DNA of 64,000 bases from contig NC_043016.1 in the NCBI RefSeq assembly GCF_006345805.1, positions 372,001-436,000 of the forward strand. Reading direction: 5' to 3'. The stretch is from Octopus sinensis. Lineage: Eukaryota. Numbering within the stretch: the first letter of the stretch is position 1; every line of letters starts with the position of its first letter. Below, piece by piece: positions 52,614-64,000 of this stretch. A model generated the notes under the pieces. It saw nothing but the letters and a program-made list of their open reading frames with translations. It searched no databases and was not told the origin of the DNA. The translations under genes and the position numbers were made by a program.

Positions 52614-55577
52614 TGCATGTGCACATGCATATACACACACACACACTTACATGTTATAGAAATGAGTAGCCCACAGAAACATCCTGATGTCCTGGAAGGG
52701 CTATATTAAGTAGATATATACATATTTTGTTTCTATGAGTATATCTGAAATTCATTTGACCCATTTCATTATTATACCTTGACAATGGTCATAGCTCCAA
52801 GTAATTTCTACATGATTGTAGAGCACTCTCAGTGAGTAAAAGCTTTGATTAGATGAATATTAAGATGTGCCTTGTGAGGTTCATGGGTGTCTAGTTAACA
52901 CACACACACACACACAACCACACTCTTTCCATTCTAACTGGTGACAAACATAATCATTCACAAAGAACTACTAAATGAATTGGTGATGATGATGATGATG
53001 ATGGTAATGATGATAATGATGATGATGATGATGATGACAGTGAAGGGTAGAAGAAAGAAGGAATATCTCAACTCCTTTATAATTTTTTCTTTTTCTTTTC
53101 AAAATACAACAAATAGGGAAACAACAAATGGATACCATCACCAAGTAATTACGAGAAAAATTGGAATCCCCTTCAATTAAATCCTTCTCACCCCCTTTTT
53201 AATTTTCTTTTAATAATGTAATATAATTTATATCCATGCTAGCAAAATATTTTCTTTTTCCTTGTTGGAATCAGTTGATTCTTTGATTTTTTTAAAAATG
53301 TTTGTAGTCTATGATGATGGCATTCATCATCATAATCATTATGCAGATGATAATGATGATGATAGTGATGATGATAGTGATGATCATGATGAATTATAGT
53401 TGAGCAAAATTATACTACTTCATAAGGGTAATTTTTGGCTGTTTTTACTGATGGTGTATTTGTCATTGTTATTGGTGATGGTAGTGGTGGTGTTTAATGC
53501 TAGATTGAGCAAGCATTTGTTCAAGGCCATTCTTTTCATCATTCACCATCCTTTCAGCATATTATATGTATGTATGCAGGAGTGGCTGTGTGGTAAGTAG
53601 CTTGCTTACCAACCACATGGTTTTGGATTCAATCCCACTGTGTGGCACCTTGGGCAAGTGTCTTCTACTATAGCCTCAGGCCAACCAATGCCTTGTGAGT
53701 GGATCTGGTAGACGGAAACTGAAAGCCTGTCGTATATATGTATATATATACATATATATGTATGTGTGTGTGTGTTTGTGTGTCTGTGTTTGTCCCCCTA
53801 GCATTGATTGACAACCGATGCTGGTGTGTTTACATCGCCACCACTTAGCGGTTCGGCAAAAGAGACCGATAGAATAAGTACTGGGCTTACAAAGAATAAG
53901 TCCCGGGGTTGATTTGTTCGACTAAAGGCGATGCTCCAGCATGGCCACAGTCAAATGACTGAAACAAGTAAAAGAGTAAAGAGTAAAAGAGTATATATAT
54001 ATATGCATGTGTAAAATCAGGGACTAAATTGACCAATGTATACCTTTGTCTACCCCACACTTTTTCTTCTTTCTATTTTAATTGATCCGCAAGATATATT
54101 TGGCTGCTATTTCTAGCTGTTCAAGGTACCACATGAGGGTTCCTTTCAGAAATATATCTATCATCTTTTGGAGGTTTGAGGGTAGGGTACCAGAAAGAAA
54201 GAGAGAGTGGGTGGGGGGAGGTATTGTGTCTGTATTTGAACACAAGAGGACAAAGCTTTAATGCTTGTTTCTCAAAGAAATCTTAAAAGAAATCAGCCGT
54301 TATTGTTGTTATTAAGATAATTAAGTGAATGATTCAAGTGAATTTTGAAAAGAGATACATGCGTATTTGAGCATCCTGTTGAAACTTTACTTTAATCAAA
54401 GACCTCGTCCCCCTTCTCCTTCTTCTACAAATGTTGATAAATTTGGGATATTTTAATCTTTGGCTCTTGAGTTCAAAGTTCTTACTGGAACTAAAAAATA
54501 ATTTTTTAAAAATAACAAAGAATTAGAACAAACATTACACACATTTTCTAATGTTGTTTTGTTGTTGATGTTATTATTGGTATCATTGTTGTTATTATTT
54601 GGAGAGTTGAGGCAGCAAACTGACGGAATCATTATCATGCTGGGCAAAATGCTTAGCGGCATTTCGTCTGTTCAAATTCTGTCGAGGTTGACTTTTGTTT
54701 TTCATCCTTTTCGGGGTCAATGAAATAAGTAGCAGTTAACGAGTATTGGTGTTGATATAATTGACTTAGCCACCATCCTGAAATTGTTGGCTTTGTTCCA
54801 AAATTTGAAACCATTATTATTTGGAGAGTTGGCAGGAATAGCACAGTACCAGATTAAATACTTTTACAATATTTAGTTTTGTCCCTCCACTTCATGAGTT
54901 AAAATCCTGTGTATAGGTGTGGAGGTTTTTATTATTTACAAAGGCTAATATAATAAAATCGCAGGTAATATAATAAAATATACACTAGTGGATAAGAGGG
55001 ACTTTAGCTCAATCAGCCATACCCACCACATATTCTAATAACTTAATGAAGAAAAGAAATGCTCATGAAATTACTGAGTTGGTAGAACGATTCTTAGACT
55101 AAAATTGCCTTACCATTTAAAAATTTTTTTTTTGTCCACCACTTCCTACATTCTTGGTTCAATTCTTGCCACCAGAGATAAACTTTGCCTTTCTATTGTT
55201 CAAGTTGATATAATTAGTATCAGTTATCTACTGAGGGAGTAGCCTTGGTTGTAAGAGAAAGCAATTCAATCAGCAATTTGCTTCTAGCAAAAAAAAAAAA
55301 AAAGAAAGAAAGAAAATAAAAATAAAAATCATTGTTAATGTCATTACTGAGGACAGTATGCTGACGGAATTGTTAATGTATCGGATAAAATGTGTTATTT
55401 ATTATTAGTTAGTTATAGTATTCTACATTCTGAGTCAAATCCCATCAAGGTTAATTTTGGTTTTTAATACTTTTGAGGTCTATAAAATAAAGAACCAGCC
55501 AAGTACTGGACTTGATATGTTTTATTATACTGCTCCTTCAAATTTGGGACCTTGTGCCTATGTTAGAAATTACTATT

Positions 55578-55610
<33 letters not shown>

Positions 55611-58068
55611 GCTGTTGTTGTTGTTGTTATAATAATTCTCATCATCATCATGATCGTCATCAGCAATCATCTTACTCCAACACCACCATCATCACCACAA
55701 TCTGGTCTTTGGGTACCTGTATCAGAATCTACTCTGTTGCAGCCATTCGTCAGATCTTTGGTTTGAGAATAATTTCTTCCCTCTCTTCTTCTTACCATTC
55801 TTGGAGCTCTTACATTTAATAAAGACACGGCATTCTATCAATTGCAATCATTCTTCATTCATTTTCATTCAAAGACAGTAATCTGCCACCATTGTTGTTA
55901 GTGCCAGGTCAACCCTGTCAAGTACTACACAATGATCAAAGACTTTCCAGCTATGGCCACCCTGTCATTTTTTTTTTTTTATATCAGGGACTACATTATT
56001 CTATATATCTTTATTTAAGACAGTAGGCTGTGATTTGACAGCAATTTAGCTGTTATTTCAAACAGGTCTAATGACCACGTAAGTTTTGCTCCCTTGTTGA
56101 TTTGTATGGTATAATTTCCTTGTCTTTCTCTGGTGAAGTTTAGGGAGCTTTCAGGGTCACCTTTTTGTTTATTGATGTTAATGTTATAACACCTGTATAA
56201 AGACCATCATCTATCAGCAACAACATTTACTGACTAAAGAATTACCAATCAATAAGTTTAAGAATTATTTCCTCATCTCTTAAACCTGACAGCATCACTC
56301 ATATTTACATTATATATGAAGTAATTCTCTCTGTCTTTGCCACTTAATATCTCTCTTACCATTTATGGCACCTCTTAACACAAGCAGATACAGTTTGGGT
56401 AAATCTAGTGACAACTCAATATCTCTCACGTTTTACAGCACCACTCACACTCGATCAAGTGCAGTTTGAATAAATCTAGTCTTATATTAGTATCTCTCAC
56501 ACTTAACAGCACCACTCACACTTAACACTAGCACTCACACTTGACAGCGCTACTATACTCATCCATCAGCTGATATTAGTGTAGGTGTATGTAGCAGTAG
56601 CTCCAGTAGTCTTGTTGAATACTCCTGGAATGTAGCAAAATAAAATAATTTGAAAGAGTATCCTATCAGGCAGTGAATTGGCAGAATCATTAGAGAGTAT
56701 TTGTTTCTGTTCTCTGCTCTCTGAATTCAAATCCCACCAAGGTCAACTTTGCTTTTCATTCTTTCAGGGTCAATAAAAGAACCTGTTCAGGGCATTGATT
56801 TGATGAAATTGTTAATGCATTGGATGAAATACCTTGTGCTATCAGTTTTAGCTTTTTACATCCTGAATTCTTTGATGGCAAATTTAATCCATCACCCAGT
56901 CTAACACCACCATCTGACATCTTGGGGTGCCTTTAGCTGTGACCAGTGTGTTACAAGCATCTGGGTCACATCTCTGGTTTAACGATAACTTCCCCCTTTT
57001 TTTTCCTACTAATGTCATAGACCGTGATAATATAAAGGGCCATAGGCACTGATCTTCAATCTCCAAGTGGTAAAAGCTAAAAATTGGGTTTGGACTTGTT
57101 GATAGTGTGAGGAGAGATGCCAGGATTTATCAATGGATACTAATCAACCCTAAACACGGAAAGACAAAATCATTTAAGTTTCTCAGTTGTCACCATTACC
57201 AACATAACTATCATCATTGTTATCATAATTAGTATGATGAGTGCCAGTTGAATGTAGTTAATTAACTATGATAGATGTTTATAATAATTAGATTTGGTGC
57301 TTGAAATTTTCTGAACTCATTTCAGTATGGGCTTGACTTTACAGTTCCAAAGTCAGACAAATACACCAGTTATACACTGGGGTTAAATCATTTGATTAAA
57401 CAACTGTTTCTCCGTTACTAAGTAAAAATTCTTTCTATGAAATCCTTCTCCTCCTCCTCATCCTCTTTCATTTAAAAAAAAAATTTTTTTTTTCATTTAT
57501 TTATTTTCATTGGAACCGCAGGAATGGTATTTTATTGTCAGCATTGCAGCAGTGCTAAATTAAATACCTTACATTATTTTACTTTTGTCCCTCTATGTTC
57601 TGAGTTCAAATCCTGCCATTGGCAACTTGTTATCTTTCATGCCTCTTATGAACATCAAAATAAACTACAAATCAAATACTGGGATCAAATGGATCAGTTC
57701 AACCAATCATTGCCGTTTCCCTATTAATTTCTTGTCTTGTGGCAATGTACAATACCAGTATCACCACCACCACCACCACCATCATTATCATCATCATCAT
57801 CATCATCATTGTCGTTGTTGTCATCATCATTGCTTGTTGTAGTTGTTAAGGGTGGTGGATTGGCAGAATCGTTAGAATGCTGGACAAAATGCCTTGCTAC
57901 ATTTTGTTCCGATACCTTACATTCTAAGATCAAATCCTGACAAGGTCAGTTTTGCCTTTCATCTTTTTTGGGGGCTAATAACATAAAGTACCAGACAAGC
58001 ACTGGGGCTGATGATATCAACTAACCACAGTTCCCAAATTTCAGGTTTTCTGCCTGTATTAGAAACAA

Positions 58069-58110
<42 letters not shown>

Positions 58111-59124
58111 GTTTCTGTTGGTTTTTTTTTAATGAATTACAACACTTAAGCAAGAGTCCCAAGAGTCTTGCTTTTATGAAAGTGTCTCTGGTATTTTCAT
58201 TTTGAATAAATGGTATGAATTTTATTTATTTATTTATTTATTTTTTATTTATTTACTGCAATTTCTCCAGTAAACAAAAACTTTTTTTTTTTAAACCTGG
58301 GTTTAAAAAATTTTTAATCGAAGTAATCGTTACCATGACTACAATCATCATTATCATCTCCATCAAAATCATCATCATGATTTATAATAATAATAATGAT
58401 AATAATGATAATAGTAATATAATAATAATGATGATAATGATAATGATGACGATGATGATTATAATAATAATAATAATAATAAATATTATTCATTCATTGT
58501 TATCATGAACACTTATCACAGCAATCATCTTTTACATCATCAAAATCCTCTTCATTGTTATTAGCATCCTCATCATTATTGTTAATATAATAATTATATT
58601 TTGTTGTTATTGTTGTTATTGTTGTTGTTAATTGATAATTTCAACAATATATGGTTTGCCTATTTATGGTCTGGGAAAAGGTAAACTTTATGCAAAAATA
58701 AATAAATAAATAAATAAATATAAAAATTTTTAAAAATAACAAAAATATATATAAAATTTTAAAATAATAATAATAAAAAAAAACACCGAATGGAGAAAGA
58801 AAAGAATAAATAAATGATTAAATAATTGTTTTTTCTCAAAAAAAGAAAAAAACAAAAGCAACAAACGATAGAGAGAAAAAAAAGACATTGAAACTTATTA
58901 ACAAATGGTTTAAGTTTTTCCCTAATTGTTATTCACTATTTTGCTATTCCGTCCTCTCTTTCTCTTCCTCTTCTTTCTCCTCCTCCTCTCTTTTTCTTTT
59001 CTTCCTCATCTTTATCATCTTCATCATCACTATCATCATCTTCTTCTTCTTCTTCTTCTTCTTCTTCTTCTTCTTCTTCTTCTTCTCCTCATTATTATTA
59101 TTATTATTGTTATTATTATTACTA

Positions 59125-60505
59125 AGGTGGTGAGCTGGCAGAATCGCTAGCATGCTGGGTGAAATTGCTTAGTGGTATTTCGCCCATCGTTACATTCTGG
59201 GGTTCAAATTCTGCCGAGGTCAACTTCGCCTTTCATCCTTTCAGAATCAATAAATTAAGTACCAGTGAAACACTGGGGGTTTGATGTAATAGACTGGTCC
59301 CATCCCATTAAATTTCAGGCATTGTACCTTTAGTAGAAAGGATCATTGTTATTACTATAAGGCAAACTGGCAGGGCCGTTAGCATGCTGTGCAAAATGCT
59401 TGGTGGTATTTTGTCCATCCTTACATTTTGAATTCAAATTCTGCTAAGGTTGACTTTTCCTTTCAGGTTAATAAAATAAGTACCTGTTAAACACTGGAGT
59501 CAATGTAATTGACTTAACTTTCCCCCCAAAATTGCTGGCCTTGTGCAAAAATTTGAAACCGTTATTATAATAATTATTATTATTGAAGTGGCAAGCTGGC
59601 AAAATTGTTAGCATAGAGGAAAAAACACCAAGTGACATTTCTTCTAATTTGTGTTTAAGGCGGAGAGCTGGCAGAATTGTTACTGTGGCAGACAAAACGC
59701 TTAGCAGTATTTTACCGATTTTTACATTCTGAGTTCAAATCCTGCTGCGGTAGACATTGCCTTCCATCATTTTGGGGTTGATTTAATTGACTAGTGCCCT
59801 CCCCTAAATTTCAGGCTTTGTGCCTATAGTAGAAAAGATTATTATTATTATTATTAAGGTGGCAACGTGGCAGAGTCGTTAGCATGCTGGAAAAAATGCT
59901 TAGCAGCATTTCATGTCTTTATGTTCTGAGTTTCAAATGCTACCAAAGTTGACTTTGCTTTTCATTCTTTTGGGGTCAATGGGGTCGATGTAGACAACTT
60001 ACCCCCCCTCTTGCTATATACTGGCTGTGTGCCAAAATTTATTATTAATATTGTTGTTGTTATTATTATTATTATTAATATTATTATTATTATTGAGGTA
60101 GCAAGCTAGTAGAAAAGTTAGACCATTAGGAAAATGCCTAGGGTTTTTCTTCTGGCTTTCTATGTTCTGAGTTCAAATCTGATTGAGGTCAACTTTGCTT
60201 GGGGTCAGTGTAATGGACCTGCCCACTCACCTCTGATTTACTGACATTGTGTCAAAGTTTGAAAGAATTCTTCTTCTTCTCAATTTATTATTATTATTAA
60301 ATAATATGGTAAGCCTGCAGAATCATTAGCATGCCAGGCAAAATACTTAGCATTTTGCTTGTCAGAGTTCAAATTGTACCGAGGTTGACTTTGCCTTTCA
60401 TCCTTTCGGGGTCGATAAATTAAGTACCAGTTGAGTACTGGGGTCAGTATAATCGACTTACCCATTCCCCACAACTTGCTGGCCTTGTGCTAAAATTTTA
60501 AGTCA

Positions 60506-60552
<47 letters not shown>

Positions 60553-61330
60553 GTTATTATTATTATTATTATTATTATTGTTATTATTATTACTATCATT
60601 CTCCTTCTTCTTTTCTTCCTCTTCTCTCTTTTCTTCCTCTTCTTTCTTCTCCACTGACACGTTTAGCAAACATAGCAAATTCTACAAATTCATTCACTTC
60701 ACCAAGACAACCCTCCCACCCCAACGAACCTACCTCCATGCAGGTGAGTTAATCAAAATGATCTCCATTAGCTGCTGCTGTTGCTGCTGCTACTACTATA
60801 CTCCTATTACAACCACCACTCTTATAACCAATACCACCACTACTACCACTATTATTACTGTTATTATCATTATTATTATTGTAATAGAGGATGGTAAGCT
60901 GGCAGTATTGTTAACACACCGAGCAGAATGCTTGGCGGCATTCCATCCCTGTTTACATTCTGATTTCATATCCCACCAAGTTTGTCTTTACCTTTAATCC
61001 TTTCAGGGTAGTAAAATAGTACCAGTCAACCACTGGGGTTGATGTAATTGACTTAAACCCCTCCCCTCAAATTGCTGACCTTGTGTCAAAATTTGTAGCC
61101 ATAATTATTATATAAGATGGTGAGCTGGTAGAACTATTTGAGCATCAGACAAAATGTAAGCATTGAGGCATTTCCCATTATGCTCTGAGTTCAAATCCCA
61201 CCAAGTGAACTTTGGCTTTCATCCATCTGGAGCTGATAAAAATAAAGCACCAGTCATATACTGGGGTTGATTATATTGACTAACCTTAACCCCCTCAAGA
61301 TTGGTTGCCTTGTCTTTAAATTAGAAACAG
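59125..61330 (+). mobile_element. Head-to-tail cluster of about 9 SINE family A copies separated by (ATT)n
   Basis: Repeated gagctggcagaa...gagttcaaat...ctttcatcct...ggggtc units at about 59125, 59360, 59587, 59658, 59857, 60096, 60307, 60889 and 61117. Confidence 0.85.
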
Positions 61331-62541
61331 TTGTTATTATGAACTAAGTATGATAAATTATTAGAATTAAGAGAGAGAGAGAGAGAAAGAGAACATAGTG
61401 TTGCTTCATTTAGTGAACTATGCTCCTTTATATTCTATGTCCATATCTTGCTTAGATCTCAACTTTACTTTTGATGAAATGAGTGTGAAAAATTAACCCT
61501 TAAGCATTTAAATTGGCCATATCAAGTTCAAATATTCTACTAGTTTTATATTCAAACTGGCCAGATTCATCCTTTCACACATACCTTACAATATCGCTCT
61601 AAAAATAAAGTCACATCATCAAAATCTCAAAGCTATGACATAATACATAATTAATTCAAAACAATGTGAATAAGCAAGCATTTACATTTGACAGTGTCAT
61701 CTAAATACTGAACAGTTAAACACAATGATTTATTTTAATTGCTGTTATTTAATTACTATTATGCCTTCTTCTAAGATTGTTCGCAACTATCGAGTGATAT
61801 CAAATCACAAACATTCATATACGATAGGTTTTTGTAGTTTCTTTCAACCAAACCCACTCACTTGCCAGACATGCCTTGCATTGAGATTGAACTTGGAACC
61901 ATGTGGTTGCAAGGAAACTTCTCAACAGCAATGCTATGTATAGCCATTCAAAATCATTGCACTTTCAATTAAGATAGTAAAAAAGGAATTGAGAATAAAA
62001 AAAACAATTTCATGTGAAGGGTGTCAGTGTTGCATCTTCATTTAAACTATTTTTTCCTAAATTAAAGTTATTTTCTATCTATTTGGTGAAAAAACTTAAT
62101 AATGTAAGCAACATTAATTTCTATAATTTAGTGGTGAATGTGGTAGTGGTGGTGATGGTGGTGGTGGTGGTATGTTCTCGTTAAACCATGTCAAGAACCT
62201 GGTTTCAATTTACAGTCAAAAACACCAAATATTACGTTGCTAAATAATTCTTGGGAAATACTTGAACATCAAAAACTCTCCTCCCGCACACATACACATA
62301 TTCTCTTTCCCTTTGTCTTTATCCCTCACACACACACACACACACAGACATTCTGTCTTTCTCTACCACGAACCCACAACTTCACATCTGGTTAAGTAAA
62401 AGAAATCACCATCGTAACCATTACATCGTTGTTATGATTATTCTAACTAAAAATCACGCTATCGTCATCATCATCATCATTGCCATCATTATTATTATTA
62501 TTGTCATCACCTCATCATTTTCATTAATTTATTTATTTATA

Positions 62542-62579
<38 letters not shown>

Positions 62580-62800
62580 GAAAATTCCAAATCATTCATG
62601 TGTGTGATAGCTTATTTTATATATTATTTTATAATATATTATTTATGTTATTCCTCAATGATATATGTAGTAGCAGGTAAACACACTTTTATATCTTGGA
62701 ACCATCTGTTTTATTTATATGTGTATGTATATATATAATATATATATATCCACACATACATATATATATATACACACATATATATATGTATATATATATG

Positions 62801-62854
<54 letters not shown>

Positions 62855-63488
62855 TATACGTATGCATACATGCACATACACTCACAATATATTGAAGAGC
62901 AAACATTTTCCCAAAATAAAACAAAAATGCAATCTTATACTGGGGTTTTCTATTGGTTTTAGTTTCTTAAACCAGGCTATCAGACACTATAATATATATA
63001 TGTGTATATAATATATATATATATATATATGTGTCCCCGCTACCGAAACGGTAATTATTTCTACGCCAGCTATGTTGTTGTTGTTGTTTTTGTCTCATTT
63101 GGTCTAAAGTCGTATGACAACCACCGTTATATATATTTTGTTTATTCATTACTGTTTTCAATTTCGTTTTCGTCTCTTGTATTCACATCCGTCTTGTGCG
63201 TTCACATTCCTGTCTTCTACCAAGAAATCTAATGCTTACAGCTTAGTTTTTTTTCTTGGGGCTGGCCGAGTTGGAGCAAATAATTTGTCTGTGTTCCGTG
63301 TTCGTCCCTTCCTGTATTTCACGTTCATTATATATAAAAACATTCATTCTTATATATATATATATGTATATCTTTTATATATATATAAAATCACCAGAAG
63401 TTACAAAGTGATGTCTGCTGATTAATTAAGAAGTACAAAAATATATATACACTCATGTTTTGAGTTCTATGTTTCTGTTTGCTTTACC

Positions 63489-63524
<36 letters not shown>

Positions 63525-64000
63525 ATATATATATATATACATGCATGTTTGTGTGTAGCTATATGCATGTATATTCCCCAGGTGATGTATTGCCATCATC
63601 TGTAGAGAATGTTTTGGTTCCGTTACCGTTTCTCCTCTTCCTCTTTCAACTTTTCCTCCTCACTCTAACTCTATACCTTTGCAGTTATCTTTTCTTGTGT
63701 ATGTGCATACATTCATATATATTAGTATATATATATATATATAAATGTGTGTGTGTGTGAAACCCAAAATAGGCAACAGGTTTTCTTTATAAATATAGAT
63801 ACATCTTATGTTCAAGTTTGAACCTTTCGTTTATAAGGATTTACCATATTCCCTCATTTACACCTTTTAGTTTGGAGCAATAACATTCCTAAATCCATTA
63901 ACATTTCAACTGGAATGTCTTTGACCAAAGGTCTGCAGAATCAAGCCTTGCTCTGAGTTAGGTAGGCTGTGTGCTTGTGTGGGCATACTAGATAACAGAT

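Noticed and set aside
59125-61330. CRISPR-like repeat-spacer appearance
   Set aside because: Units are ~200-nt divergent SINEs with microsatellite spacers in eukaryotic DNA; no cas genes.
173-63760. Most ORFs in the supplied track (poly-I/Y, H/T, C/V, L, S runs)
   Set aside because: Translations of microsatellites or SINEs; no splice-consistent structure or domain motifs.

Overview
AT-rich, microsatellite-dense eukaryotic genomic DNA; the SINE repertoire suggests an octopus/cephalopod (inference). The only host gene I can support is the 3' part of an estrogen-related receptor (ERR/NR3B) on the + strand: four coding exons (17022-17141, 34555-34728, 42235-42510, 43994-44235) encoding the DBD C-terminal extension, hinge and full ligand-binding domain; the zinc-finger exons lie upstream of the window. 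The rest is intron, probable 3' UTR and intergenic DNA filled with tRNA-derived SINEs, LINE remnants (RTE, CR1, CRE-like, R4/Dong-like, Penelope-like), a full-length decayed Tc1, mariner remnants and MITEs. Almost all ORFs in the supplied track are microsatellite or repeat artefacts. Most notable: several Penelope-type fold-back elements in the ERR introns carry minimal hammerhead-ribozyme motifs, including cores with compensatory G3-C8 and U3-A8 swaps of the conserved C3-G8 pair, and two of them bracket one ERR exon. One SINE family (>25 copies) appears on the + strand only. All motif calls were made by eye and repeat boundaries are approximate.
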